From positions 1 through 38,376 of the forward strand of contig JBGCDR010000234.1 in the NCBI GenBank assembly GCA_045105515.1: a stretch of DNA of 38,376 bases. Reading direction: 5' to 3'. The DNA is from Oligoflexales bacterium (GTDB lineage: Bacteria; Bdellovibrionota_B; Oligoflexia; Oligoflexales; Bog-1112). The notes beneath the pieces were generated by a model that was not told the origin of the DNA, did no database searches, and saw only the letters and a program-made list of their open reading frames with translations. Positions 8,809 through 19,274 of the stretch are shown piece after piece. Each line of letters starts with the position of its first letter. Position 1 is the first letter of the stretch. Made by a program: the position numbers and the translations under genes.

Positions 8809-10275
8809 TTATGTTAAACCATCTTTAATAGCACCAGGAATTTTAGATAGAGGCAATATTTCTTTAGCAGCCCCAAGTTCAGCCGCAGCCTTAGGCATCC
8901 CATAGACCGTTGAGGTTTTTTCGTCTTGAGCAATCGTCAAATACCCTTTAGATTTTAAATCGAGCAGTCCTTTTGCTCCATCCTCACCCATACCGGTCAA
9001 CAGTACTCCCACCATTTTTTTTGAGGTGATTTTACTAAGAGAGAAAAACGTAAAATCTACTGAGGGCTTGAATCGATTTACCGGCGGATCATCTGATAGC
9101 TTGATGATCAGTTTATCTCCTATATCTTTGATTTTCATTTGATAGCCTCCAGGAGCTAGATAGATCGTGCCAGGCTCAAGCTTATCGTTGTCTTCAGCTT
9201 CTTGCACCGAAAAGGTAAATTCTTCGTTCCACCTTTCAGCCAAAGCCCGAGAAAAGGAGCCAGGAATATGCAGAACAACCACAACCGGAGGGATATCACG
9301 GCTGAAGTTTTCAATCACTTTCTGTAAGGCCTGGACACCTCCGGTAGATGCTCCTATAGCCACCAAAGAATTTTTACAAGTCCGCGAAGGAAAACTAATT
9401 CGCCCGAGGGAATCTTTAGACAGCTTTGCCGAGGAACCAGAGTTCAGATTAAACCTATGGGCATGTTTCAGAACCTGGCGCAGCTCTATTTCAAAATCTG
9501 CAGCTTCTCTGGTATTTTTCGGCTTCTCAAGATAATGGAATGCACCAAGCAAGAGTCCTTCTATAGTCCCTTCAAGCTCCTTAGGGTTCAGCGATGAAAT
9601 CAGGATAGTTGGAAAGAAATTCTTAGATATATATTCTTTGATAAAAGTTATGCCATCCATACGGGGCATCTTAATATCGAGCGTAATCACATCGGGCTTT
9701 TGCCTTTTGATTATTTCCATAGCCTCAATAGGGTCCCGTGCAGAACCAATAATTTCAATCTCGGAATCCGATTTTAGAGTAGTTTCAATTAAGGTGCGTA
9801 TAGTTTTAGAATCATCTACTATTAAAACTTTAATAGGTGCTACAGTTTCTGGAACAATACTGGTTTTGATAGAAAATCTGAGCTTACCGCTCATAGTGTT
9901 AAAAGAGACTGTCTTAGCATCATTGCCACCAATAGACCTAGCCTTGATCCGTAAGCCAAATTTATTCACAGTTTCTAAAGCTAATGCCAAGCTATTATGT
10001 ATCGCAGTGATCTGTTTGATTTCATGAGCATTGATATGAGCCCCGCCAAGCATCTTAATCTCTAAATTCTCTTTATCAGAGCCAAAACCCTTAAACTTTC
10101 TAAGCAGGTCAAGCAGAATTCTATTGCCATCACTATGAGAAAAAACGCACATACCGCCTATTTTTTGATCCCGATCCCATACCGTCAATGCAAAGTCTGA
10201 ACCTACATAAGTTTCAAGAATTGTCGGGGACGTGCAGACTACAAGTTCACTGCCCCTAAGGTTTTGCGTTTTCAT
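8809..10275 (-). CDS. cheB: CheB methylesterase with N-terminal CheD-like domain (CheD-REC-CheB)
   Basis: REC: VLIVDDS, LDIKMP, EKP. Esterase: IGASTGG, VLHIP, NRFKPSVD, LTGMGEDGA, VYGMP. Residues 1-137 are CheD-like: TYVGS, IGGM, LEIKMLGGA, IGG..KTVSFNTMSG. Confidence 0.93.
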   Translation of the reverse strand: MKTQNLRGSELVVCTSPTILETYVGSDFALTVWDRDQKIGGMCVFSHSDGNRILLDLLRKFKGFGSDKENLEIKMLGGAHINAHEIKQITAIHNSLALALETVNKFGLRIKARSIGGNDAKTVSFNTMSGKLRFSIKTSIVPETVAPIKVLIVDDSKTIRTLIETTLKSDSEIEIIGSARDPIEAMEIIKRQKPDVITLDIKMPRMDGITFIKEYISKNFFPTILISSLNPKELEGTIEGLLLGAFHYLEKPKNTREAADFEIELRQVLKHAHRFNLNSGSSAKLSKDSLGRISFPSRTCKNSLVAIGASTGGVQALQKVIENFSRDIPPVVVVLHIPGSFSRALAERWNEEFTFSVQEAEDNDKLEPGTIYLAPGGYQMKIKDIGDKLIIKLSDDPPVNRFKPSVDFTFFSLSKITSKKMVGVLLTGMGEDGAKGLLDLKSKGYLTIAQDEKTSTVYGMPKAAAELGAAKEILPLSKIPGAIKDGLT

Positions 10276-11096
10276 TTATTCCTCTTGAAAACTGATATAT
10301 CAAGGTCCTCAAAAAGGTCTCTAGATTTGCCAATATTTTCAGAAAATCCAATAAAAAAAAGACCGTCACGATTAAGGCCTTCGTACATTTTCATTCCAAT
10401 TTTTTCAATTAAGTCGTCGTTAAAGTAAATAAGTACATTGCGAAGGAAGATAATATCGAATTTGATCGGGGCACAAAAATCAGAATCAGCAAGATTAATC
10501 TTTCTAAACTTAATTTTGTCGCGAAGCGCAGGTTTTGCCTTAATTTTAGTGCGCGATGCATTTTGCTTAAAGTATTTGGCAAGTAAATCAGGGGGAATCT
10601 CACTAATTCTATTAGCATCAAAAACCCCCTCCTCTGCCGAGGCTATCGCCGGCTCACTTACATCAGAAGCAAGAATACGATAATCTAAATGCTCAAGATT
10701 CGAACCTAACTCCTCAAGGACCATAGCCAGGGTATAAGCTTCCTCACCGGTCGAGCAGGCTGCACACCATATATTCAAACGCTCACCAGTGGCAAAATGA
10801 CCCTGTTCAATATAGTCTTTCAAGACAGAAAAATGTTTTGATTCACGAAAAAAATGGGTGGTATGAGTGGTGAGTACATCAACGAAATATTGACTTTCCT
10901 CAAACTCATTTTCACGGATATATTCGACATAATCAGAGTAGTTATCGAGTTTTAGAATATGCAGGCGCGACCGCAAGCGGTTTTCAACCAAGGATAACTT
11001 GTCTTCAGAAATGCTCACACCAGATTTTTTCTCTATCAGTCTTCTGACAAATTGAAAATCTTCGGGAGAAATCGGGTTGAAAATATTTGGTCTCAA
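10272..11096 (-). CDS. cheR: Chemotaxis methyltransferase CheR
   Basis: TTHTTHFFRESKHF, IWCAACSTGEEAYTLAM, ILASD, FDIIFLRNVLIYF. Overlaps cheB by 4 bp. Confidence 0.96.
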   Translation of the reverse strand: MRPNIFNPISPEDFQFVRRLIEKKSGVSISEDKLSLVENRLRSRLHILKLDNYSDYVEYIRENEFEESQYFVDVLTTHTTHFFRESKHFSVLKDYIEQGHFATGERLNIWCAACSTGEEAYTLAMVLEELGSNLEHLDYRILASDVSEPAIASAEEGVFDANRISEIPPDLLAKYFKQNASRTKIKAKPALRDKIKFRKINLADSDFCAPIKFDIIFLRNVLIYFNDDLIEKIGMKMYEGLNRDGLFFIGFSENIGKSRDLFEDLDISVFKRNK

Positions 11097-13265
11097 TTAT
11101 AGGTCTTCCCATTTGTCTGGCGTTGCATCTCGTACCGTAGTTTCACCTACTGCTCTTTTTAAGTTATTAGTATTTGAGTAAGACGCTGGTTCTCTTGCTT
11201 GGTTTGGCTCTTCAACGAGGTTTTCTTGCGGTCTGAGTGGAACCACTTGGCCATAGTTATTTTGGTTATCTGTCTTCCCACTCAAGACACGATTAAGTTC
11301 TTTAACGATCACATCCATTTCGAGTGCTTGGTTTCTTAGACTCTTACTCGATTGTGATGTTTGCGCTGCTATTGAAGAGGTATTCTGAGTGGCATTATTA
11401 ATTTCCTGAATCGCGTGATTGATTTGAGTAATGCCTTTTGATTGCTCTTGGGAAGCATCAACAATTTTCTTTGAAGACCCGGCTACAGATTCGATGATTT
11501 CTTGAGCTTCCCGCATCGACTCAGAGCCTTCTTTAACTCTATTAGCATTTTCCTTAGCTATGACTAAACCTTTCTCGGTGCTCTCTTTTACGATAGCAGA
11601 TATTTCTACGGCTGCTTTGCCACTTAAAGCTGCAAGATTGCCGACTTCTTGAGCTACTACTGCAAAACCTCGGCCATGCTCACCTGCTCGTTCTGCTTCT
11701 ACTGAAGCATTGAAAGAAAGTAACTTGGTTTGGAATACAATTTCATCAATAACTCTAGTTTTTTCGCCAATCTCTTTGATCACCTTAACTAAGGTTTCAA
11801 TCTCAGCATTGGATTCTTCGATCTTCGTGAAAGAACCTGATAACTCCACTGCTTTTTTCTTAACATCAGTGGATAGGTCGAAAGACGTCATTGCAAAGTT
11901 AGAGTTATTTTTAACGATGCCATTCATTTCCTCAATACTTGAAGAAGTCTCTTCAAGAGCGGCTGCTTGCTCGGTTGTGTTACTGGATAAGCCACCACTT
12001 AGTTTATCAATAGAACCCGATTCACTTAATATATGCTGAGAGTGCCCAGTAAGCTTTCTGATAATATCGTTAAAACTGTCGCTAAGTTTGTTGAGTTCAT
12101 GCTCGCTGAAAGTCTCTAGCCCTTTAAATACCTTTTTAAAGGGCTCAGTTATAGTGCGAACTAATGCTTTGGTTATATATATGGACGCTCCGATAGAGCC
12201 CACTAATAATAGGAGCATAAGTAGGATACTATAATTAAAGGTGCTTTCCGATCTGCTTTCGAAACTTTTTGATTGACTAACCATTATATCCTGAAAATCT
12301 TTCATTTGACCTCTAAATTTATCAAAGTACTTTTTACCTCTAGCTTCACCAACTACATCTGCCATGTCGTCCATGGTTTTTGCGTTGCCAATTTTTCTTC
12401 TCAACTCAATCATCGGAACTGCAATGTTTTGTTGCCAATCTCCGATAATCGTTCCTATCTGGACTAAAAGACCCACCTGCGCAGGATTATCACTTACCTT
12501 TTGCTGCAGTGCTAAGATCTTCGACTTGATCGAACTAGCACCATTATTGAAAAGCTCTAAGAATTCCTCCTTGCCTGCCAAGAGGTAACCACGCATACCT
12601 GTTTCCATATCCTTAGCGGTGGACTCTATATCAGCTGCATGCGCCATCACCTCGTAAGTGTGGGTCACCCACTTTATGGCATCTTGCAAAACATCAGGAT
12701 CTAGTTCACCTACCATTTTTTCCTGCCTTGATTTTAGGAGTAGTCCTTCTGTGGCTATAAACTGACCAATCTGCGCACGAAACTTATCAAAGTATTTTTT
12801 TCCTTCACCCTTTTGTACAATCACTGACAGGTCATTCATGGTATCTGCATCACCAATGTCCCGTCTTAGTTGGATCGTAGGCTCAGTCACGTCGGTAATC
12901 CATGCGGAAATATTCTCTTTGGTATCATCAAGCTTTTTGACTAAGTTACTATCGTAGGCCACATCTTTTTTCATCTCTTCGATGAGCTTGAAGAAGTTTT
13001 CTTGACCACCATTATATGGTTCTAAAAAACCTTCCTTGCCTGCAAGCAAGTAACCACGCATACCAGTTTCCATATCAACTGCAGCACCGACGAGATTAAG
13101 GGAATCTTCAATAATCAGGTGGGAGTTTTTTACATTCTCTCCGCTGCGTTGGAGCCAAAAAGCACTAGTAAAACCAACTACTCCTAAAACCACCATGCCA
13201 GCAATTAGCGTATATATTGCAAACATTATTTTGTTTTTTAAAGGCGTTTCGGTCTTAGCAAACAT
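11097..13265 (-). CDS. Methyl-accepting chemotaxis protein with tandem CHASE3-like sensor domains and C-terminal pentapeptide
   Basis: Two TM helices, duplicated [24 protein letters not shown], hairpin [28 protein letters not shown], ends KWEDL. Confidence 0.95.
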   Translation of the reverse strand: MFAKTETPLKNKIMFAIYTLIAGMVVLGVVGFTSAFWLQRSGENVKNSHLIIEDSLNLVGAAVDMETGMRGYLLAGKEGFLEPYNGGQENFFKLIEEMKKDVAYDSNLVKKLDDTKENISAWITDVTEPTIQLRRDIGDADTMNDLSVIVQKGEGKKYFDKFRAQIGQFIATEGLLLKSRQEKMVGELDPDVLQDAIKWVTHTYEVMAHAADIESTAKDMETGMRGYLLAGKEEFLELFNNGASSIKSKILALQQKVSDNPAQVGLLVQIGTIIGDWQQNIAVPMIELRRKIGNAKTMDDMADVVGEARGKKYFDKFRGQMKDFQDIMVSQSKSFESRSESTFNYSILLMLLLLVGSIGASIYITKALVRTITEPFKKVFKGLETFSEHELNKLSDSFNDIIRKLTGHSQHILSESGSIDKLSGGLSSNTTEQAAALEETSSSIEEMNGIVKNNSNFAMTSFDLSTDVKKKAVELSGSFTKIEESNAEIETLVKVIKEIGEKTRVIDEIVFQTKLLSFNASVEAERAGEHGRGFAVVAQEVGNLAALSGKAAVEISAIVKESTEKGLVIAKENANRVKEGSESMREAQEIIESVAGSSKKIVDASQEQSKGITQINHAIQEINNATQNTSSIAAQTSQSSKSLRNQALEMDVIVKELNRVLSGKTDNQNNYGQVVPLRPQENLVEEPNQAREPASYSNTNNLKRAVGETTVRDATPDKWEDL

Positions 13266-13287
13266 ATTATTTCTCCTAAATTAGTGT

Positions 13288-13797
13288 TTAATATCTTAAG
13301 TTTCTTAGTTCATTAGCTTCAATTATTTTTGCTAAATCAACTAATAAGGTCAGTCGATCTGACTTATCATCCTTAGCAACTCCCAAGGCAGCAATGTTTT
13401 TTTTGCTAGTCTCTTCATCCACATGATAGTTGATTTGGCTATCAGAAAATCCCTCTACAGAAACCACTTCATCAATGAGAAAACCTATGGTTAGATCATC
13501 ACAATTTGAGATAATAATTGAGTTTTTCATACTATCTTCGGTATTGTTTTGACTACCAACAATGATGCTAAAATCCACCACAGTGATAATCCTCCCTCTT
13601 AAGTTAAGCAGTCCCTTCACATAGGAAGGGGCTTTAGGGAGTTTAGTGATCTTACGTACACCAATGATTTCATTTACCTTTAGGAGTGGTACGCAATACC
13701 TCTCATTACCGGTGGTAAATACAAGGTACTTCTTTTCCTCGCGATTTACCGCTCGGCTTTCCTCTTGGGCATGAGCCACTTCCATTTGCATCATCAA
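13288..13797 (-). CDS. cheW: CheW adaptor
   Basis: YLVF..ERYCVPLLKVNEII..ITKLPKAPSYVKGLLNLRGRIITVVD..IGFLIDEV. Confidence 0.95.
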   Translation of the reverse strand: MMMQMEVAHAQEESRAVNREEKKYLVFTTGNERYCVPLLKVNEIIGVRKITKLPKAPSYVKGLLNLRGRIITVVDFSIIVGSQNNTEDSMKNSIIISNCDDLTIGFLIDEVVSVEGFSDSQINYHVDEETSKKNIAALGVAKDDKSDRLTLLVDLAKIIEANELRNLRY

Positions 13798-13808
13798 ACC
13801 TCCCTAGT

Positions 13809-15635
13809 TTATGAAATCATATAGTTAACGTTTAAGATTAAGGTCACATCACCGTCACTCATTATCGTTGCGCCTGAAAATTCATTGATTGATGAAATTT
13901 CATCACCAAGTTTTTTAAGGACAATTCTTTCTTGAGAAACCAGCTCATCGACAATAAATGCTTTATTTTTTTGATGAGAATTTGAAATAACCACTGCAGT
14001 AACATTTTCTGGTTCCTGATAATCATTCACTTTTTTACGTTGTTGGTCGTGTTTGTAAAAATTAGGTAGATGCTCACCCAGATAAGACACATCAAACGTC
14101 TCACCCTTGATCACAACCTTATTATGATGAGTGATTTCATTCTTGGATATTTTTACAGTCTCGACAAAGTCACTATTTGGCAGAACATATTTTTCTTGTC
14201 CAACACGGACTACTGTGCCATTAAATACTGACAAGTTGAGTGGGACTTTGATAGTTATCCTCGAACCTTTTCCTCTTACCGAATCAATTTCACAGCTTCC
14301 TTTCAGTGCGGCAATTGCGTCATTAACCGCACCCATGCCGACCCCTCTGCCTGATAATTTAGTAATCCCATCGCTGGTGGAAAGCCCATTTTCAAATATT
14401 AATTGATGAATCTGGTATTCTGAAAGCCGGTCTTCTCGAGAAATTAGATCTTTCTCTATAGCTTTTTGCAAAATTTTATCAGTGTTAAGCCCCTGGCCAT
14501 CATCACTTATTTTGAGCACAAAATAGCCATTTTCTTGGCTCGCTACAATTTTTATCGTTGCTTGTACGGGTTTATTGGTTTGAGCCCTATCCTCTGCCGC
14601 TTCAATTCCATGATCCACTGAGTTACGAATAATATGTCCAACTGCAGGAGCTAAAGCATCGTAGACAGATTTTTCCAACTCAACGTTCTCTCCTTCCGTT
14701 TTTACTGAGATATCTTTTTCTAATTCATCCGAAGTATCTCTAACTATTTTCTGCAGCCGCATAAATAATGGTTTTATGGGAAACATACGCAGAGACATTG
14801 TAATTTTTTGGGTCTCCCGAGTGATTTTTGCCAGGCTAGTGATAGTTTTAGACACTAATTCTTGATTTTCGTCTAGTTTATTCTTATGTTGCTCAAGTAT
14901 AGACTGTAGAATGACCAATTCACCAAATTGATCTATGAGATTTTGAATTTTACTTAGGGGCATTTTTATAAATTCGTCACTACGAGGCTTAACAGTCGAC
15001 TTAAGCATTTCTTCATTGTTATCAGCTTTTTTTACCAAATTGACCTGGGATCCCTGCTCAGATTCATTTGTAACTTGCCTGTCATTTTTTTCTGAAGTAG
15101 GACTCTCATGAGGTTTTTCGCTTTCTTCTTGATGATCTTTTTCTTGTGAAGAAGAATTCTCAGTAAGCTTTTCTTTAGTCATAGAAATGTCCTTTATCCA
15201 TACTGTATAGGGTGCACTTGAAGTACTTTCCTCTACAGGTTCTGGGTTAAGAATAATCTCAATTGCTTTTAATAGTTTCTCAGAATCAATATTTGCGTTC
15301 CTATCACTATGTACATCATCTAAAAAATCAGAAATTTTGTCGTTGCATTTTATCAGCAAGTCAACTTTATGTATGTCACCGCTTAGATCTTCAGGGCTAA
15401 GAAGGGAAATTAGCGACTCCACCTTATGAACAAAAGCTTGTAAATTGCTAAAACCTGAAGCTCCAGCACTGCCTTTTAAAGTGTGATAGATCTGAAATAT
15501 TTCTTGCAGTATAGAAGGATTTTTTGGATTAGACCTAAGAGACAAGAATAATTGCTCTGTCTCTTCGACGAGGTCTTTTGCTTCTTCAAGAAAGGTGTCT
15601 TGAAGCACCTTTAAATAATCATCATTGTAATTCAT
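13809..15635 (-). CDS. cheA: Chemotaxis histidine kinase CheA (copy 1), likely start ATG 15635
   Basis: Hpt IFQIYHTLKGSAG, HIIRNSVDHGIE, ISDDGQGL, GLST..SGRGVGMG, C-terminal CheW-like P5. AGGA RBS before 15635. Confidence 0.96.
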   Translation of the reverse strand: MNYNDDYLKVLQDTFLEEAKDLVEETEQLFLSLRSNPKNPSILQEIFQIYHTLKGSAGASGFSNLQAFVHKVESLISLLSPEDLSGDIHKVDLLIKCNDKISDFLDDVHSDRNANIDSEKLLKAIEIILNPEPVEESTSSAPYTVWIKDISMTKEKLTENSSSQEKDHQEESEKPHESPTSEKNDRQVTNESEQGSQVNLVKKADNNEEMLKSTVKPRSDEFIKMPLSKIQNLIDQFGELVILQSILEQHKNKLDENQELVSKTITSLAKITRETQKITMSLRMFPIKPLFMRLQKIVRDTSDELEKDISVKTEGENVELEKSVYDALAPAVGHIIRNSVDHGIEAAEDRAQTNKPVQATIKIVASQENGYFVLKISDDGQGLNTDKILQKAIEKDLISREDRLSEYQIHQLIFENGLSTSDGITKLSGRGVGMGAVNDAIAALKGSCEIDSVRGKGSRITIKVPLNLSVFNGTVVRVGQEKYVLPNSDFVETVKISKNEITHHNKVVIKGETFDVSYLGEHLPNFYKHDQQRKKVNDYQEPENVTAVVISNSHQKNKAFIVDELVSQERIVLKKLGDEISSINEFSGATIMSDGDVTLILNVNYMIS

Positions 15636-15662
15636 ATATGTCCTGGATGTGCTTTGCACCAT

Positions 15663-15690
15663 CACTCGGATGATTTGAAAGATATCTTTA
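15663..15690 (-). promoter_or_regulatory. Sigma-28-like internal promoter candidate for cheA1
   Basis: TAAAG-N15-TCCGAGTG on the minus strand in the cheX-cheA gap. Confidence 0.4.
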
Positions 15691-15703
15691 ATTTTAAATT
15701 TGA

Positions 15704-16249
15704 TTAGGGGATTAGAATAAATCTATCTTCTTCTTTAAAACCGATTTGAATAATGAATTCTCCGAAATCTGAAATAAAAGGTACCATTAATGCAGGAAGT
15801 GGAGTTAACGAGGACTCCGCAATCTCTTTCTGATCTATGATGACAGGTATATCCATCACCGCGTAGTGATCTCCATCTATGTTGAGTTCTGTGCGAGCTG
15901 AGCCAAAAATCATGTTCAATATTTCACAGGCACCATCTTTTAGCTCTTCATCAATTTCTCCAAAATCCTCTCCCAAGGCTTGGCTAAGCAGCTTAATAAA
16001 GACGTCTTCAGTAAAAAGCACGACGACTGCACCTTCACATTTCTTGGAGGTCAGATTTATTTTTGCGGTAAGGGCAAAGTGCTTATTTTTATCTGGATCT
16101 TCCTGATTTTTCTCATAAATATCACCGCATTTCAAATCAATACTAAATTGCTTGGAAAATATATGAAGGGTTGCTTTTTTGAAAGCCGAAACAACATCTT
16201 CGTACCTTTCAAGAAGGGAATCACTATCTGTTTTTTCCGCATGCGCCAT
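15704..16249 (-). CDS. cheX: CheX-like phosphatase
   Basis: LTAKINLTS..EGAVVVLF..EIDEELKDGACEILNMIFG (E-x2-N motif)..DIPVII..VPFISDFGEF. Confidence 0.88.
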   Translation of the reverse strand: MAHAEKTDSDSLLERYEDVVSAFKKATLHIFSKQFSIDLKCGDIYEKNQEDPDKNKHFALTAKINLTSKKCEGAVVVLFTEDVFIKLLSQALGEDFGEIDEELKDGACEILNMIFGSARTELNIDGDHYAVMDIPVIIDQKEIAESSLTPLPALMVPFISDFGEFIIQIGFKEEDRFILIP

Positions 16250-16307
16250 AAAAGATGTTTCTTAATGCTTCAGTCACAATACATTTAATCGTTTCTATCT
16301 CTTAGAG

Positions 16308-16335
16308 GCGTCGGTAACTATATGCATATGCTTTA
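16308..16335 (-). promoter_or_regulatory. Sigma-28-like promoter candidate for the leftward che operon
   Basis: TAAAG-N15-ACCGACGC on the minus strand. Confidence 0.4.
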
Positions 16336-16415
16336 GCATTGCCATGGTAAAAAAAATCATGGTAAGAGCAATCGACAAGAAGAACTAATAAAATTTAGCC
16401 ATGAACCCATTCGTC

Positions 16416-16442
16416 TAAAGCAGAAAAAATAAGTTCCGATGA
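16416..16442 (+). promoter_or_regulatory. Sigma-28-like promoter for the rightward che operon
   Basis: TAAA-N15-TCCGATGA versus the FliA consensus TAAA-N15-GCCGATAA. Confidence 0.6.
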
Positions 16443-16467
16443 CAGCTTTATAGATAAGCTACGAAGA

Positions 16468-18279
16468 ATGGCAATCATGACTGAAATAGAAGCTGACATT
16501 GAATTACTACAGGAATTCATGGAGGAAGGATCAGATATCCTGACCGAATGGGAGAGTTCAAGCATCGAACTTGAGAAGGAGCCCTTGCAAAAACCGCAAA
16601 TCCTGGCAAACCTTTCTCGCTCAGCTCATAACCTCAAAGGAGTCTCCAAAAGTATTGGCTTAGTTGCGTTCTCAGAATTTGTCCACAAAGTTGAAGATTT
16701 CATTGTCTTCCTCCAGGAAAAAGACAATATTCGTGTAGACCAAGCGATTCGAATCCTATTGGACAGCAAAGATATTATGCTCTCTTGGCTACAAAACGCC
16801 ATCGAAGATATTAGTTTTGTCCCCCAACAACGCTGCGAAGAAATAGATAAATTAATTGAAGAATATATACATAAAAAAGACCACACTGAGGACTCAAACA
16901 GTGCCGATGATGATGATTTTGAGTTTGTGGCACCTGCCACAACAGTAAGTGCTTCTAGTGAAGAAAATGTCGATTCCAAAGATGATGATGAGGAAGAAGA
17001 AGATGATGATGATGGATTTATCAAAATAGAACCTAATAATAAAAAAGAAGACAACGCCAAAACCGAAAACATTCAATACTCGAACAAAAGGAAGACCTTA
17101 CGAGTGGCTACTGACAAAATTGATTATCTGGTCAGGATGGCAGGAGAGCTTTCGATACATACTTCTATAATAGATAATTTCATGAACCGTGTAGCCCGGC
17201 AATTGGACTTTGTTCCGGATTCGGTAAATCAGATTACAAAGATTTCCCGAGTTATTCAACGAAGCGTACTCAGTCTTAGGCTGCAGCCAGTGAAAGATCT
17301 TTTCCAAAAGCTTGAAAGAGCCGCTTACGATGTTGCTCGCATTCAAGAAAAAAAGATTGATGTAGAAATACTAGGCGATGATATTGAGCTGGATAAATCC
17401 GTACTTGAAGCAGTAGGAGACTCATTGATCCATACTGTAAGAAATGCTGTCGACCATGGAATCGAAAAACCTGATGTTAGAAAAGAAAAAAATAAATTTA
17501 TTAAAGGCTTACTTACCATTGAAGCTATCAAGGAAATAGATGGGATAAAAATTATCATTGAAGATGATGGCAAGGGACTTGATAAAGAAGGGATCTTGAA
17601 AAAAGCCGTTGAACGTGGTTTGGTCAACCCTAGCACAAATCTCACTGCCGAAGAAATTCATGAGTTTATCTTCCTTCCAGGGTTTTCCACTGCGGAAAAA
17701 CTCTCGCAAATATCGGGACGTGGGGTCGGGATGGAAGTACTCAAACAATCGGTAGAAGCCATAGGTGGCAAGGTGAAAATCAGCAGCGAGCCAAACAAGG
17801 GAACTATATTGATGTTGTTGATACCGACATCGCTAAATTCTATCGAAGTACTAGGTATTAAATGCGGCAAGATAAAATACGCAGTTCCACTAGATAGTAT
17901 CGACGAGGTGATTCAGCTCAAAGACGACATGTGTAAAATGGTGGGTGGCCAGAAGATGATTGAGATCCGCGGTGAATTATTTCCTATTTATTCAATGGAG
18001 AGTTGCCTACCACCAGTTCCAGACTTTGACCAAGAGGGTGGGTCTGAGGACAGCTGGGAGCTTAGTAATATGGCAATCATGATAAAGTCAAATGGAAAAA
18101 ACATAGCATTCCAGGTGGATGGGGTATCTTCCCATTTTTCTGTAACCATTAAAAACTTGGCTGGAAGCTTAAAAGTAGATCAGACCGTAGGGGGAGCAAC
18201 TATCTTCAGCGATGGCACCCCTGGCCTCATCATAAATCCGAAAAAACTCTTAGCTAATGTTAACTTGGAGCTTAGTTAA
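16468..18279 (+). CDS. cheA: Chemotaxis histidine kinase CheA (copy 2)
   Basis: Hpt RSAHNLKG, acidic linker, HTVRNAVDHGIE, IEDDGKGL, FLPGFSTAE..ISGRGVGM, P5 domain. Confidence 0.96.
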   Translation: MAIMTEIEADIELLQEFMEEGSDILTEWESSSIELEKEPLQKPQILANLSRSAHNLKGVSKSIGLVAFSEFVHKVEDFIVFLQEKDNIRVDQAIRILLDSKDIMLSWLQNAIEDISFVPQQRCEEIDKLIEEYIHKKDHTEDSNSADDDDFEFVAPATTVSASSEENVDSKDDDEEEEDDDDGFIKIEPNNKKEDNAKTENIQYSNKRKTLRVATDKIDYLVRMAGELSIHTSIIDNFMNRVARQLDFVPDSVNQITKISRVIQRSVLSLRLQPVKDLFQKLERAAYDVARIQEKKIDVEILGDDIELDKSVLEAVGDSLIHTVRNAVDHGIEKPDVRKEKNKFIKGLLTIEAIKEIDGIKIIIEDDGKGLDKEGILKKAVERGLVNPSTNLTAEEIHEFIFLPGFSTAEKLSQISGRGVGMEVLKQSVEAIGGKVKISSEPNKGTILMLLIPTSLNSIEVLGIKCGKIKYAVPLDSIDEVIQLKDDMCKMVGGQKMIEIRGELFPIYSMESCLPPVPDFDQEGGSEDSWELSNMAIMIKSNGKNIAFQVDGVSSHFSVTIKNLAGSLKVDQTVGGATIFSDGTPGLIINPKKLLANVNLELS

Positions 18280-18282
18280 TTT

Positions 18283-19245
18283 ATGGAAGAAGCCAGCCTA
18301 GGGCATAATAGCACAGTCGGTATCAATACATCATTTGATACGCTCCATTTTATTTTCAAGCTCTGCGACTTCAGCTATGCCCTACCTTTTGACCAGGTAG
18401 ATTTCGTTGTGCCTTATCCAGAACTTACGAAATTGCCCAATGTAACCGATGACATTGTCGGTCATTTCGAATTTAAAGATTGGCCTATAATCGTAATTGA
18501 TAAAACTGCAAAGCTTAGCAAAAAGAAAAGTGAGCTTATTATTTTAAAGGTCCAAGACATTAAAGTTGGAATCTGTGTGGATGAACTCATGGGGGTTAAA
18601 CGACTTATTGCCTCGACAAATGATGTGGACCACGACACTCCCTTTCCCTATAATGCTATTTTTAAGACTGAAAATTCATTAACCTTCCGTCTTGACTTAG
18701 AAAAATTCCTCCCAGTTAACTATCTCAAAAAGCTTCTTGGTCATTTTAAACAGGACATTCAGTCTAACACTGTTCAAAACAGCAGTAGCGAAGAAATAGA
18801 AAATGAAAAAGATCAACAAGTTATTATTCGTATTGGCCCCCATCTCATTGCAGTAGAACTAACACAAATCAGAGAATTTCACCCAAGCTTCAATTGCACT
18901 CCCTCTCCTTCAAACAACAAAAGCTTGATTGGGACCATCAACCTTAGAGGGGAAATTGGCTGCATCTATGATGTAGGTTCGTTCTTCAATGGCACAAAGT
19001 CAAAACTCAATAAGACTTCGATTTTTATTCTCTACGATTTCCCTGATATTGGCTTAAATGGTGTGCTTGTCGATGAAATCATTTCAGTTAACCAAGATCA
19101 GACATACAAGATTATTGAAAAAGATCTTAAAATGGAAGGATTTCCTCAGGAATTTTATCATGGGATTGTATGTTTAGAAAATAGTGAAGCTCTGGTTTTT
19201 GATTTAAAAAGTTTGCTTAAAAATATAATAAAAAGTGAAAACTAA
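18283..19245 (+). CDS. cheW: Tandem CheW-CheW protein
   Basis: Two CheW-like units: [22 protein letters not shown] and [23 protein letters not shown]. Confidence 0.85.
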   Translation: MEEASLGHNSTVGINTSFDTLHFIFKLCDFSYALPFDQVDFVVPYPELTKLPNVTDDIVGHFEFKDWPIIVIDKTAKLSKKKSELIILKVQDIKVGICVDELMGVKRLIASTNDVDHDTPFPYNAIFKTENSLTFRLDLEKFLPVNYLKKLLGHFKQDIQSNTVQNSSSEEIENEKDQQVIIRIGPHLIAVELTQIREFHPSFNCTPSPSNNKSLIGTINLRGEIGCIYDVGSFFNGTKSKLNKTSIFILYDFPDIGLNGVLVDEIISVNQDQTYKIIEKDLKMEGFPQEFYHGIVCLENSEALVFDLKSLLKNIIKSEN

Positions 19246-19274
19246 ACTTAAACTGCAGAAGGAAAAGAATAAAT

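Noticed and set aside
16626..17870. Antisense ORFs within cheA2, including a poly-Ser one
   Set aside because: They are shadows of the GAT/GAA-rich sense codons.
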